Shown here one piece after another: positions 50,835 through 60,950 of a DNA stretch of 64,000 bases. How positions within the stretch are numbered: position 1 is the first letter of the stretch; each line of letters opens with the position of its first letter. The notes beneath the pieces were generated by a model. The model saw only the letters and a program-made list of their open reading frames with translations, had not been told where the DNA came from and ran no database searches. This stretch comes from Desulfobacterales bacterium. GTDB lineage: Bacteria; Desulfobacterota; Desulfobacteria; Desulfobacterales; UBA5616. The stretch is taken from contig JAWODC010000001.1 in assembly GCA_046483495.1 (NCBI GenBank), forward strand, positions 32,001 through 96,000, read 5' to 3'. Both the position numbers and the translations under genes were made by a program.

Positions 50835-51317
50835 ATGAAGCTTTTTCAATCTACATGTGAAGATTTATTCACTAACGAATCCGAAAATTATTCGACACCA
50901 TCATGTGATGGAAGACTCACGGATGATCTTGTGCTGAAAAAAAAGGACTATTACATATATTATGCCGTAAACGGAGAATTCTCCTTTTATAAGGTTAAAA
51001 TCCTGCAAGTTTCTTCAGCGATTACATCCGATTCCTTACTGGCTGTTCCTGAAGTCTGGGACATCAGAAAATGTGATTTGACAAAAATAACTGAAAAAGA
51101 AATTTTAAAAATGTCTTTCGCCCTTACTGAAAAATTTCAATTTTTACCGGGTGAAAAAATGATAGCTTTAATAATCAACAATATATTTCAAGAAAAATTA
51201 GTGGGATTGTTGAAATGGTATATTGATGATGACATTATCAAAGTTAAGGTTTTCGCTGACTTCGAGGATGCTGACGATTGGCTTAAACGAAAGAATAAAG
51301 TCCATATATTGCCTTGA
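50835..51317 (+). CDS. Hypothetical protein, possibly SpoIIAA/STAS-like
   Basis: WDIR..DL, .ALI, KVF.D.EDA..WL pattern; AT-rich. Confidence 0.55.
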   Translation: MKLFQSTCEDLFTNESENYSTPSCDGRLTDDLVLKKKDYYIYYAVNGEFSFYKVKILQVSSAITSDSLLAVPEVWDIRKCDLTKITEKEILKMSFALTEKFQFLPGEKMIALIINNIFQEKLVGLLKWYIDDDIIKVKVFADFEDADDWLKRKNKVHILP

Positions 51318-51389
51318 CATCGTTATATGTCTTATCGTCGGCCTTCGAAAGAAAAACAGTCTGCCAAGCACCTTTCCGATCACCGTTTA

Positions 51390-51403
51390 AACGACCGGAC
51401 AGT
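51390..51403. promoter_or_regulatory. Candidate operator AACGACCGGACAGT
   Basis: 12/14 match to ACYRACCGGTYRGT, about 47 bp before the acyl-CoA synthetase start. Confidence 0.4.
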
Positions 51404-51449
51404 TTTTTCTTTTAACTGAACCTCCAACGTTCCATTAGGGCGAACTATT

Positions 51450-52982
51450 ATGACTATTCATCAACGCAGGTATAAGCAGTTGGTTTTGGGGCAAGTTCTA
51501 TCCAGATGGGCGAGAAAGACGCCGAACAATGAAGCAATGGTTTTTAGGCATATTCGCTACACCTTCTTGGAATTCGATGACAGGGTAAACCGCCTGGCCA
51601 ACGGGCTGGCCGAGTTGGGTGTTCACAAGGGTGACCGGGTGGCGATTCTATTTACAAATTGCAACGAGTTGCTTGAAAGCTTTTATGCCGTTGCCAAGCT
51701 CGGGGGGATCTGTGTCCCGCTGAATTTCAGAATGACCGTCCCCGAATATGTATTTCAGCTTGAGCAGACAAGAGCAAAAGCAATTATATTTTTAAGCAAT
51801 TTCAGCAATTCCGTACAAAACGCCTGCCATGGCTTGACACATTTAAAGCACCGTATCTGTGTGGGTGAAAACGACACTAAAGGCGACCTGTCTTTTGAAT
51901 CGATTATTGAATCTAGCCCATCGGAAGAGCCCGAAGTAGATATTGATGATGATGACGTATTGATGATCATGTACACTTCCGGGACAACCGGCAATCCCAA
52001 GGGAGTGGTGATTACTCATAAGAATCTGATAATGGCTGCTATAAATTACCTGTATCACGGCGTCTCCGAAGGCAGTAAATTAATTGCGTTGCCCTTATTT
52101 CATATCGCCGGTTTTGTTGCCGTACTTGGAGCCACTTATTTTGGAAACAAGGTTATTCTTTTAGACAGCCCTGATCCTGAGCTGATCATGAAAATGATTC
52201 AGCTTGAAAAAATAGAAAATGTCGGACTCGTACCGGTTTTATGGAACCTTATCGTAAACCACCCTAAATTTTCTTCATACGACCTTTCCTCTGTCAGATA
52301 CGGGGGCACCGGGGCAGCCCCGACGCCCCTTTCATTGAAATTAAAGATTATTGATTCTTTTCCAAATATGGTCTTGTACGAAGCATTCGGTCAAACGGAA
52401 ACCTGCGCAATCGGGGGGTTTGCCGATACGGGTGATCTTATCAAACGGCCGGATTCCGCAGGTCGAATTGCATTCTACATCGAAGCCAGAATAGTAGATG
52501 AAGATGACAATGAGGTTCCACCTGGTGAAATCGGCGAAATTGTCTACCGGGGCCCGACATTAATGCGCGAGTATTTTGAAAATCCAGACGCCACGTCCAA
52601 CGCCTTCAAGAACGGATGGTTTCACAGCGGGGACCTTGTAAAACAGGATGAAGACGGTTATCTCTATGTCGTAGACAGGAAAAAAGATATCATTATCAGC
52701 GGCGGTGAGAATATCAGCGCTTGGGAAGTCGAGAACACTTTAAGCGCCCATCCCGATATCATGGAGGCTGCTGTAATCGGTGTTCCGGATGAAAAATGGG
52801 GTGAGAGCGTAAAAGCGTATGTAGTCCTTCGTCCCGGAGCAAAGATATTGGAAGATGACGTCATCTCATTTTGTAAAGGAAAAATCGCGGGATATAAAAA
52901 ACCCAGATATGTCGAATTTATAACAGAACTTCCACGCAATCCGGCGGGTAAAGTGAAAAAGTTCGTTCTTAAAGAGAGATAA
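51450..52982 (+). CDS. Long-chain fatty acid-CoA ligase (AMP-binding)
   Basis: YTSGTTGNPKG, FGQTE, GWFHSGD, LPRNPAGK. Confidence 0.93.
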   Translation: MTIHQRRYKQLVLGQVLSRWARKTPNNEAMVFRHIRYTFLEFDDRVNRLANGLAELGVHKGDRVAILFTNCNELLESFYAVAKLGGICVPLNFRMTVPEYVFQLEQTRAKAIIFLSNFSNSVQNACHGLTHLKHRICVGENDTKGDLSFESIIESSPSEEPEVDIDDDDVLMIMYTSGTTGNPKGVVITHKNLIMAAINYLYHGVSEGSKLIALPLFHIAGFVAVLGATYFGNKVILLDSPDPELIMKMIQLEKIENVGLVPVLWNLIVNHPKFSSYDLSSVRYGGTGAAPTPLSLKLKIIDSFPNMVLYEAFGQTETCAIGGFADTGDLIKRPDSAGRIAFYIEARIVDEDDNEVPPGEIGEIVYRGPTLMREYFENPDATSNAFKNGWFHSGDLVKQDEDGYLYVVDRKKDIIISGGENISAWEVENTLSAHPDIMEAAVIGVPDEKWGESVKAYVVLRPGAKILEDDVISFCKGKIAGYKKPRYVEFITELPRNPAGKVKKFVLKER

Positions 52983-53139
52983 ATGTTGATTCGATTTATC
53001 TAATAAATTGAGCTGGTATGTCGAACACTTAAATTTCAGCCGGAAGCCTATGCCAATACAATTTAGCCGACTTGAATGCATATAGCGTGAATGCATCGGG
53101 CAAGAAATCCAATTTAAGAAATAAATAAAGACATAAACC

Positions 53140-53907
53140 ATGACGATCAACAAAGTGATTGACAGTTTTGAGAGTGCTGTAAAAGACGTATTCGACGGCG
53201 CCATCATCCTTATCGGCGGCTTTGGAAATCCGGGGGGGTGCCCGACATGGCTTATAAAAGCCCTCGGCAAACAGGGGGCAAAGAGCTTGACTGTAGTCGG
53301 AAATACACCGGGTTTTGGAAGGAAAATGATCGATGTGATGCGGAAATACGGTGATGTTGCCATGTTTCCTCACTGGTTTGAGGATGGCGGCTTGTTGGTA
53401 AGCAATGGTCAGGTCAAACATGCCATCTGCTCGTTTCCTGTCTCACCTTCCCCACTGGTAAAAACCGCATTTGAAGAAGCCTTGGGCGACGGCCGCATCA
53501 CTGTAGATTTATGCCCCCAAGGCACCTTGGCTGAACGTGTCCGCGCAGCTAAGATGGGAATCCCTGCTTTCTATTCCCCCATAGGACCTGGAACAATTAT
53601 CGAAAAAGGTAAAGAATTACGGGAGTTCGGAGGAAGCCCCCACGTTTTGGAGCATGCAATTAAGGGAGATTTTTCCCTGATTCGAGCATATAAAGCAGAT
53701 CGTCTTGGAAATCTTATATTCAGGGGCACATCAAGATCCCTGAACTCAACGTTTGCCGGAGCCTCGAAGATCACCATTGCAGAAGTCGATGAAGTCGTGG
53801 ATAATGGGAAACTGGACCCGGAAAGGATCGTAACTCCCGGCATATGGGTTGACCGAATTGTCGTAAGGCCTGAGCCGGGCCGGACCCGAAAGGTGCAAAA
53901 ATGGTAG
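53140..53907 (+). CDS. 3-oxoacid CoA-transferase subunit A
   Basis: GGFGNPGG.P, PQGTLAERVRA, KAD..GNL, TPGIWVD. Confidence 0.9.
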   Translation: MTINKVIDSFESAVKDVFDGAIILIGGFGNPGGCPTWLIKALGKQGAKSLTVVGNTPGFGRKMIDVMRKYGDVAMFPHWFEDGGLLVSNGQVKHAICSFPVSPSPLVKTAFEEALGDGRITVDLCPQGTLAERVRAAKMGIPAFYSPIGPGTIIEKGKELREFGGSPHVLEHAIKGDFSLIRAYKADRLGNLIFRGTSRSLNSTFAGASKITIAEVDEVVDNGKLDPERIVTPGIWVDRIVVRPEPGRTRKVQKW

Positions 53908-54569
53908 TTAAGCAAAGGCTGGATCGCGAAACCATAGCTCTCAGAGCAGCCAAAGAATTCCGGGATGGAAACGTCGTAAATTTAGGTGTCGGAATACCAA
54001 CCATGGCATCCAATTTTTTCCAACCGGATAAAGAGATTCTTTTTCATACGGAAAATGGGTGCCTGGGATTCGGGCCTATCGCCAATCCTGAACAGGCAGA
54101 TCTCGATTTGATAAATGCAAGCACCCAGGCCGTTACCGCATTGCCGGGCATGTCATTCTTCGATCATGCCGATTCATTCGGCATGATACGATGCGGAAGA
54201 ATCGATGTATGCGTGCTGGGAGGGCTGCAGGTGTCTGAAAGAGGAGACCTGGCCAACTGGATTACATCGGAAAGGAGTGTCGGAAACATCGGGGGCGGGA
54301 TGGACCTGGCATTTTGTGCCAAAAAACTAATTATCACGATGGAGCACATGACAAAGAACGGACAGCCAAAAATAGTAAGGGAATGCTCATACCCTCTAAC
54401 TGCAGCCCGTTGCGTTGACCTGATTATTACCGACATTGCTGTCGTAAAAGTAACGGATGCAGGTCTTGTTCTTAAAGAAGCGGCCTTCGGATGGACGGCG
54501 GATGACATCCAGAATCTGACCGAACCAATTTTTACGGTTTCCCCTGATTTCAAAGAAATGGAACTGTAG
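53901..54569 (+). CDS. 3-oxoacid CoA-transferase subunit B
   Basis: VNLGVGIPT, TENG with catalytic Glu, GDLANW, GGGMDL. Confidence 0.92.
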   Translation: MVVKQRLDRETIALRAAKEFRDGNVVNLGVGIPTMASNFFQPDKEILFHTENGCLGFGPIANPEQADLDLINASTQAVTALPGMSFFDHADSFGMIRCGRIDVCVLGGLQVSERGDLANWITSERSVGNIGGGMDLAFCAKKLIITMEHMTKNGQPKIVRECSYPLTAARCVDLIITDIAVVKVTDAGLVLKEAAFGWTADDIQNLTEPIFTVSPDFKEMEL

Positions 54570-54701
54570 TTGATTTTTTCCAGAATTAAGAAAATCCACC
54601 TTGTTTCCATTAAATTTATTCGCAACCATGATAGTTTCATCATTGTCGTGTCTTGCTTAATATCGCCGATTGTTTTTCAAAAGCAGAGCAGTAGTTTTCT
54701 A

Positions 54702-56630
54702 TCAAACCAGGCAGCCGATTTCAAAACCTTCGGATATGGCTTGGGCAATCAGACCCGTGGATTTGCAGGATCCGATTATATAAATCTCCCATCCTGAATC
54801 AGAATATTCTTTCGGAATCTTATTCTCCTTCATGCCCGCGGCCAATACCACGGTGTCTGCATCCAGCGATATCTTGTTTTTTTCCTTATCCAGTATGGTT
54901 ACAGCATCGTCGCCGATTGCAAAAACCCTGCTCAATGTCATGATTTTCATTTTGTTTTTCATTCTTGAAAGGTTGCCCCAGCGCGATGTTATACCGGCAT
55001 CTTCCAAAACTGAATTCATCATCTCTACAACCGTTACGATATTACCCGAATCCGCTAAAAATTCGGCTGTTTCCATACCGACGAGACCGCCTCCGACCAC
55101 GATTACCTTTCCATGTGCCGACGTCTTTCCCGTCAGGATATCTATGGCGGTAACCACGTGTTTTTTATCCACACCAGGAATGTCGGGTATCAATTGTGAA
55201 GATCCTTGAGCCAATATCACCGTATCCGGCGACAGTGGCCTGATCCTATCGACCGTCATTTCCTTTTTTAAATAAATTTTGACACCCAACTGTTTCAAAA
55301 CGCTTTCATAATAAGGCACGATATTCTTCAGTTCATTCTTATGCGGTGGAATACATGCGATGTTTACCATCCCCCCCAGTGAAACGGATTTTTCATAAAC
55401 CGACACGTCATGCCCTCTCAATGCAGCCACACGTGCCGCCTCCATACCCGCAGGGCCGGCACCTACCACGACGACCTTTTTTGTTTTAGAGGCGTTTTTG
55501 ATTAAATTTTCGCCCTCGCGACCCAGTTCCGCGTTTAACGCACAGACTACACCCTTCTTTTCTGTGCCACGAAATTCAATCATCATTCGGTCAAAGCAGT
55601 GGCAGCAGGCAATACATTTTCTAATAGATTCAGATCTTCCTGTCTTTGCCTTTAGAACGAACTCCGGGTCACACAATAACGGCCTGCCCAAACCGATAAG
55701 ATCGGCGTCCCCCCTTTCAATGATTTCCGCCGCCAGATACGGGTCATTTATTCTTCCTACAGCGGCGACGGGAACATCAACCGTTTTCTTTATTTCCCTT
55801 GCCAGATAAGAAAAAGCACCCCTGGATACGAACATCGGCAACATGGGACGAGACGATTCATGCCAACCCGCCCAGATGTGAAGGCGGTCGGCACCCGCTT
55901 TGATCAGCATAGGCGCAATAGTCTTTGAGTCATCAAGGGTTTTTCCGCCTTTCATGCCGTCTTCGGCATCAAATTTGACACATATATTAAAATCTGGACC
56001 GGTCAAGCATCGTGTTTCTTTTAAAATGTCGGTAATAAACCTTGACCTTTTCTGAATATTTCCGCCGTATTTATCCTCTCGCCTGTTTGTAAGGGGCGAA
56101 AGGAACTGGCTGATAAGGTACCCGGAGCATCCACAAAATTCTACACCGTCAAATCCCGCTTTTTGTGCACGACATGCCGCAGTGGCAAATGCTTCGACGA
56201 GTTCGTCGACCTCATCCGTCGTAAGCTCGCGGGGAATTTCTCCCGTGTATTTTGAAACAACGGCGGATGGCGCCACGGACTGATGGCCGAGTATTCTTGA
56301 AAAGGCATAACGCCCTACATGATTCAACTGGCCGACTACTTTAGAGCCGGCTTTCTGTACCGCCTTCACAAGCGGAGCCAATGTCTTTATGTCGTCATCG
56401 ATTTCGAGACGTGGTTCATGCGCTATTCCGGCGCGCCCGCTTCTATGGACACTTATTTCCGCGGTTGTTATAAGTCCGACATCCCCTTTGGCCCTGGCAA
56501 CAAGATAATCTTGAAGTCGGTCCATCCCGTACCCGGTACCCATCGGTGCCATAAAGAACCGGTTTTTCAGCGTTAGGTTTTTCATTTCCAGAGGTTCGAA
56601 AAGAACTTGGAGATTTTCTTTCTTATTCAT
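54702..56630 (-). CDS. 2,4-dienoyl-CoA reductase (FadH)-like OYE
   Basis: QLNHVGRY, EFCGCSGYLISQFLS, GWHES, CIACCHC, GAGPAG. Confidence 0.88.
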   Translation of the reverse strand: MNKKENLQVLFEPLEMKNLTLKNRFFMAPMGTGYGMDRLQDYLVARAKGDVGLITTAEISVHRSGRAGIAHEPRLEIDDDIKTLAPLVKAVQKAGSKVVGQLNHVGRYAFSRILGHQSVAPSAVVSKYTGEIPRELTTDEVDELVEAFATAACRAQKAGFDGVEFCGCSGYLISQFLSPLTNRREDKYGGNIQKRSRFITDILKETRCLTGPDFNICVKFDAEDGMKGGKTLDDSKTIAPMLIKAGADRLHIWAGWHESSRPMLPMFVSRGAFSYLAREIKKTVDVPVAAVGRINDPYLAAEIIERGDADLIGLGRPLLCDPEFVLKAKTGRSESIRKCIACCHCFDRMMIEFRGTEKKGVVCALNAELGREGENLIKNASKTKKVVVVGAGPAGMEAARVAALRGHDVSVYEKSVSLGGMVNIACIPPHKNELKNIVPYYESVLKQLGVKIYLKKEMTVDRIRPLSPDTVILAQGSSQLIPDIPGVDKKHVVTAIDILTGKTSAHGKVIVVGGGLVGMETAEFLADSGNIVTVVEMMNSVLEDAGITSRWGNLSRMKNKMKIMTLSRVFAIGDDAVTILDKEKNKISLDADTVVLAAGMKENKIPKEYSDSGWEIYIIGSCKSTGLIAQAISEGFEIGCLV

Positions 56631-56650
56631 CTTTCTGCCCTTTTACGTAT

Positions 56651-58183
56651 TCACAATTTTTTGCCGCCATTTTTTTTTAAATGTCTTTTTAATATCTTCC
56701 CAAGCGCATTTCTCGGGAAAAATGACGGTTCAACGACTTCGATCGTTTCAATAGCTTTGTATTTTGCCAACTTTCGATTAGCCTCTTGTCTGATATCTTC
56801 TTTATCATCAGCTGCTTCATTTTTCAAAACAACAAACGCCTTCGGTATCTCACCCAGGCGATCATGAGGTATTCCGATTATGGCGGTTTCCACCACACGT
56901 GAATCCTCCAGGAGTATGCGTTCAAGTTCGGCCGGATACACATTGAACCCACCCCGGATTATCATGTCTTTTTTTCGATCGATGATATGCAAATTCCCGG
57001 CCCCGTCAATATATCCCATGTCACCGGTATCCAGCCATCCATTTCTTATTGCCGCCTGGGTTTCAGATGGGTTGTTCCAGTAATACATCATGGCCCGTTC
57101 GGTACCAATCTCAATTGCTCCCACCTCTTCGGAGTCAATTTCTTTTTCTCCATCTTTGGTGAGCCTTAACCTAATGTAAGGCAGTGGTTTGCCGACAGAA
57201 GTGCCCACAGCCGGCGTTTTGGGGTTTTCACATGCAGCGATTAGAGAAATTTCAGTCAATCCATAACAATGAATGATCCTGAAGTTATAGACCTCTTCAA
57301 ACCGGCTTCGCAACGAAGGGCCAAGGGGAGATCCTGCACAAATGCCGAAGCGAACGGAGGACAAATCAGACGCCGAACCAGAATCGTATATCATTTGATA
57401 AATGGTCGGCACACCCGCAAAAAACGTTGCTTTTTCTTTCTCCAGATTTTTGAGGAAAACCCTGATATCGAATTTTTCGAGAATAACGAGTTTTCCACCC
57501 ACAAGCAACGAAAGCCCCACATGAATTAAGTAAGCAACAAGCTGAAAAAAAGGAAGGGCTGCAAGAAATACATCTTCACTGTTGAAACCGAGGTAATCCC
57601 TTATCCCGGAAAGGTGTCTTACTATGTTTTCATGCGAGTGGACCGCCCCTTTGGGAAATCCGGTAGTTCCCGAGGTATAAGCAATAACAGCAATATCTTC
57701 TGAATGAACATTTATATCCAGAGGTGGAATATCATCGAGGCAAATTTTTTCAAAAGAAAGAATGGCCGCGAAGGAATTTCTCTCATATGACAAAGCGTAG
57801 AATTGAGATGTTAGGTTCAAAGGTGCGCCGTCGTATAAAACGGAATCCAAATACGTTCGATTTGCCAACAGCACCTTTATTCCTGCATCCTTCAGAATAT
57901 AATTCACCTCGCTTTTGGTAAACATTACATTTATACTCACCGATATTAAACCCAGCTTCATTGCGGCGTAAAAGCATACGATAAATTCGGGGCAATTATG
58001 CATCAATATTCCAATTCGATCGCCCTTGTTTAATCCAATTTTTTGAAACCAGGCGGCAGCGCATTCGATTCTTCTCAGCAATTCCGAATAGCTGATATGA
58101 ACTCCATTGTAACTTATGGCGGTCTTATCGGGATAACACTCGGCAGATTCTTTTACCGTAGTATATAAATGTCTGTTTTTCAT
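56651..58183 (-). CDS. Acyl-CoA synthetase (AMP-binding)
   Basis: YTSGTTGFPKG, YGLTE, GWLDTGD, PRNALGK. Confidence 0.92.
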   Translation of the reverse strand: MKNRHLYTTVKESAECYPDKTAISYNGVHISYSELLRRIECAAAWFQKIGLNKGDRIGILMHNCPEFIVCFYAAMKLGLISVSINVMFTKSEVNYILKDAGIKVLLANRTYLDSVLYDGAPLNLTSQFYALSYERNSFAAILSFEKICLDDIPPLDINVHSEDIAVIAYTSGTTGFPKGAVHSHENIVRHLSGIRDYLGFNSEDVFLAALPFFQLVAYLIHVGLSLLVGGKLVILEKFDIRVFLKNLEKEKATFFAGVPTIYQMIYDSGSASDLSSVRFGICAGSPLGPSLRSRFEEVYNFRIIHCYGLTEISLIAACENPKTPAVGTSVGKPLPYIRLRLTKDGEKEIDSEEVGAIEIGTERAMMYYWNNPSETQAAIRNGWLDTGDMGYIDGAGNLHIIDRKKDMIIRGGFNVYPAELERILLEDSRVVETAIIGIPHDRLGEIPKAFVVLKNEAADDKEDIRQEANRKLAKYKAIETIEVVEPSFFPRNALGKILKRHLKKNGGKKL

Positions 58184-58205
58184 CCTTGTTGTACCATTAA
58201 TTTGA

Positions 58206-58239
58206 AACCGGTATCCGAAACCATTTCGAAATACCGGTT
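58206..58239 (-). terminator. Intra-operon stem-loop
   Basis: AACCGGTAT.CGAAA-cca-TTTCG..ATACCGGTT between the crotonase and synthetase genes. Confidence 0.45.
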
Positions 58240-58273
58240 CTGTCTAAAAAATCGTTCACATTCAAATCGGCCT

Positions 58274-59065
58274 TTATTTCACGTTTTTAGTATCTCCCTT
58301 AAGAAATCTTTCAAAGGCCCCTTGCATAAACTTGGTCGCAAAAATTGCCGGCATGAACCTCTCGGCCTCTTGATAACCTTCAATTGCCTTACGGTTTAAT
58401 ATCTGTTTAATATATGTCTTGGAAACGGCACTTTTGGAACCAATTTTCTTTGCCAACTCCTCGCATTTGGGCATCAATTCATCATCTTCATAAACGTCGA
58501 TTACCATGCCTAACTTCTTGGCCTCTTCCGCGGGCACTTCCGAGGCGGACATGCAAAGATAGGCCACTACGTTTTTTCCATATTTTTCCAATCCGCGGGT
58601 AACCGCCCAGGCGGGAAGCGCGCCGTGATTTATCTCCTTCAGTGCAAATTTGGCGCTTTTGGAAGCAAAAACCATATCACAGCAGCCGGATATCTCCAAA
58701 CCAAAACCAAAGGCCGCGCCGTTAACGGCCGCTATAACCGGCGTTTCAGACAGTTCGATAGCCTTAAAAGGGATAAAACAGAGCTTTATGAAATCAAATC
58801 CCGCCTCTATTTTACCCACGCTTGCGAACTGCTCGACATCCGCTCCGGCGGAAAATACCGGAAAAGGCGTTCCCTTTTTGGGATGAGTGAACGTTTGACC
58901 AGTCAGTATAATACAGCCGACATTTTTATCATTGTCCAATTCGTTCACAGCAGTCCCGATTTCGCGAAACAGCTGGTCGTTGGCAGCATTGAATTTATCT
59001 GGACGATTGATGGTGATAATTGCGTAATTTTCTTTTTTTTCTACTTTGACGACTTCATATTCCAT
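58274..59065 (-). CDS. Enoyl-CoA hydratase
   Basis: FSAGAD, FGFGLE, LKEINHG; both catalytic Glu present. Confidence 0.88.
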   Translation of the reverse strand: MEYEVVKVEKKENYAIITINRPDKFNAANDQLFREIGTAVNELDNDKNVGCIILTGQTFTHPKKGTPFPVFSAGADVEQFASVGKIEAGFDFIKLCFIPFKAIELSETPVIAAVNGAAFGFGLEISGCCDMVFASKSAKFALKEINHGALPAWAVTRGLEKYGKNVVAYLCMSASEVPAEEAKKLGMVIDVYEDDELMPKCEELAKKIGSKSAVSKTYIKQILNRKAIEGYQEAERFMPAIFATKFMQGAFERFLKGDTKNVK

Positions 59066-59099
59066 TTTTCTTCGCTACTCCTTTTTCAGGTAAATGTTT

Positions 59100-60899
59100 T
59101 TAAACGGCGTCCCATTCTTTTTGAATGATGGCGGGAAGCTTTTGAGCCCTTTCTTTTCCGCTCATAAAATCAAGAAAGCGTATGCCCTGGGGATCTAAAG
59201 CCTTAATCAGTTCAACCTGCTGTAATGTCGGAGCGTCCGTCTCGGGACAATTGGCCGGAATTTCAACCCCGAACCCCGTGTTGTCAATTACATCCTTTTC
59301 GTTTACACCTTTATGAAGAGATCTTACAATCCACCTGCCGCGTTCAACCATTTCCATTACGCAAAGGTTTGTAATTACCATTACCGGTCCGGGTTTCAAG
59401 CCTTGGGCCTTCCGCTCTTCATCGGTAAAGTAGTACCGCGTACCTGTAATGTAATTGACCTTCGGAACAAAAACCTGCTTTGAATGTACAGCAAAATAGG
59501 CTACTGATTTTCTATGAAGTCCGAAAACAACCGGTGCTCCTGCCCCGCCGGGAAGTCTCAGCCCCCTGGGATTCCATTCCCCTGTCGGGTTCCCATCGGC
59601 GTCCCTGACCGGAAGGGCCAACCATGATATATTGATATCTCCATTAACGTCCATCTGGGCACTTGAAACCGCCTCGACATCTCCTTCGCCCCGATTGTGA
59701 AGCGCTTCAATACATTCCGTCATAGACCACAAGCCGGAACTGAATGCGGTGCATGCCATTTCAGATGTGTGAAATCCAAGTTTGAAAGGCAAAGGGTCTA
59801 CACCACTGTACCCGACTATAAAGGCATTCGGGGCATGGGTCAGTTTTGCCAGCATATAAGCCGCGTATGCCAATGGCGTAAAAGATCCCAGGACTATGGC
59901 ATCCTCATCCTCGATAACGGCGGCAATTGCGGCAAGCATCTGGTCCGCGGCATCGAATTGCTGGGCTTTTTCGATATCCAGTGATTCCGGGAAATCAATC
60001 CGATGAATCGTTTTTGAAAGCCTTTTCAGATTATCCTTCGCTTCCTGCCCACCGACCATTCCCCAGTATTCATCTTCTGAAGCGCCTATCATTTTGAGTG
60101 CGTATTCCTTGGCCGTCCTTGGATTCAATCCCTGCAGATCCTTCAGCATCTGAACCAAATGCTGGGGATAGTACGGTACACAACTACAGGGGCTAGCGCC
60201 CATTGGGCAATGAATCACAAGATCGATCTCATTTCGAAAAAGCTTCGTCGCGGATTTGTCCGCTCGTATCTCTTCTTCCGAAATAATTTCCTCGACTGTA
60301 GCGATCACCTTTTTAGCGGCCTTTGCCATGTCGATATCGGATCCGGATGTACCGAAGATCTGAACATTTCCGGATCGGTCCGAACGCTGCGCATGAATAA
60401 CAGCCACATCCGGCGAAATGGCCTCGATCGCCGTCAGTTCCTTTCCGGTGAATGGACATTTTACGGTTTTATACAGGTGCGGCGCCTCCTTGATGATGTC
60501 AGATCCCGTCGGTCCTTTAAATGCGGCAAAAGGCAGGCCAAGGCCGGCTGCTTCAAGTCCCTTGATCATGCTGCATCCCTCGATTTCGGTCAGCTTGATC
60601 AATCCTTTTTCCGCAACTCTGCGAAAGTTCGGCGGCAGGCCAAATGCTTCGAGACTTAAAAAACTGAAAATCAAATGATCAACGGCATCAGCGCCTATAA
60701 GCCATTCCATTTCCCATCCGCCGGTTATTGACATAACGGTGAGCCCATCGATTTTCTGTCTGATAATTTCACGAATAACGGCCATGGGTTTATTGCAGCT
60801 CCAGCCTCCACCGATGCCGACAAATGAACCGGGAGTAATAATTTTTCCGATATCCGATAATTCACCAATTTTTGATTTTAACTCAATTTTAGAGCTCAT
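59100..60899 (-). CDS. Fused family I CoA-transferase-like protein (GctAB/IpdAB-like alpha+beta)
   Basis: Alpha: GIGG...NKPMA.IREI, PDVAVIHAQRSD..GN; beta: AQMD..GDIN, LRLPGGAGAP, ITNLCV, NTGF. Confidence 0.82.
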   Translation of the reverse strand: MSSKIELKSKIGELSDIGKIITPGSFVGIGGGWSCNKPMAVIREIIRQKIDGLTVMSITGGWEMEWLIGADAVDHLIFSFLSLEAFGLPPNFRRVAEKGLIKLTEIEGCSMIKGLEAAGLGLPFAAFKGPTGSDIIKEAPHLYKTVKCPFTGKELTAIEAISPDVAVIHAQRSDRSGNVQIFGTSGSDIDMAKAAKKVIATVEEIISEEEIRADKSATKLFRNEIDLVIHCPMGASPCSCVPYYPQHLVQMLKDLQGLNPRTAKEYALKMIGASEDEYWGMVGGQEAKDNLKRLSKTIHRIDFPESLDIEKAQQFDAADQMLAAIAAVIEDEDAIVLGSFTPLAYAAYMLAKLTHAPNAFIVGYSGVDPLPFKLGFHTSEMACTAFSSGLWSMTECIEALHNRGEGDVEAVSSAQMDVNGDINISWLALPVRDADGNPTGEWNPRGLRLPGGAGAPVVFGLHRKSVAYFAVHSKQVFVPKVNYITGTRYYFTDEERKAQGLKPGPVMVITNLCVMEMVERGRWIVRSLHKGVNEKDVIDNTGFGVEIPANCPETDAPTLQQVELIKALDPQGIRFLDFMSGKERAQKLPAIIQKEWDAV

Positions 60900-60950
60900 G
60901 GGATTCATCCTCCTGTTCTGCTAATCATTCTGCGATTTGGCTCTTCCATC

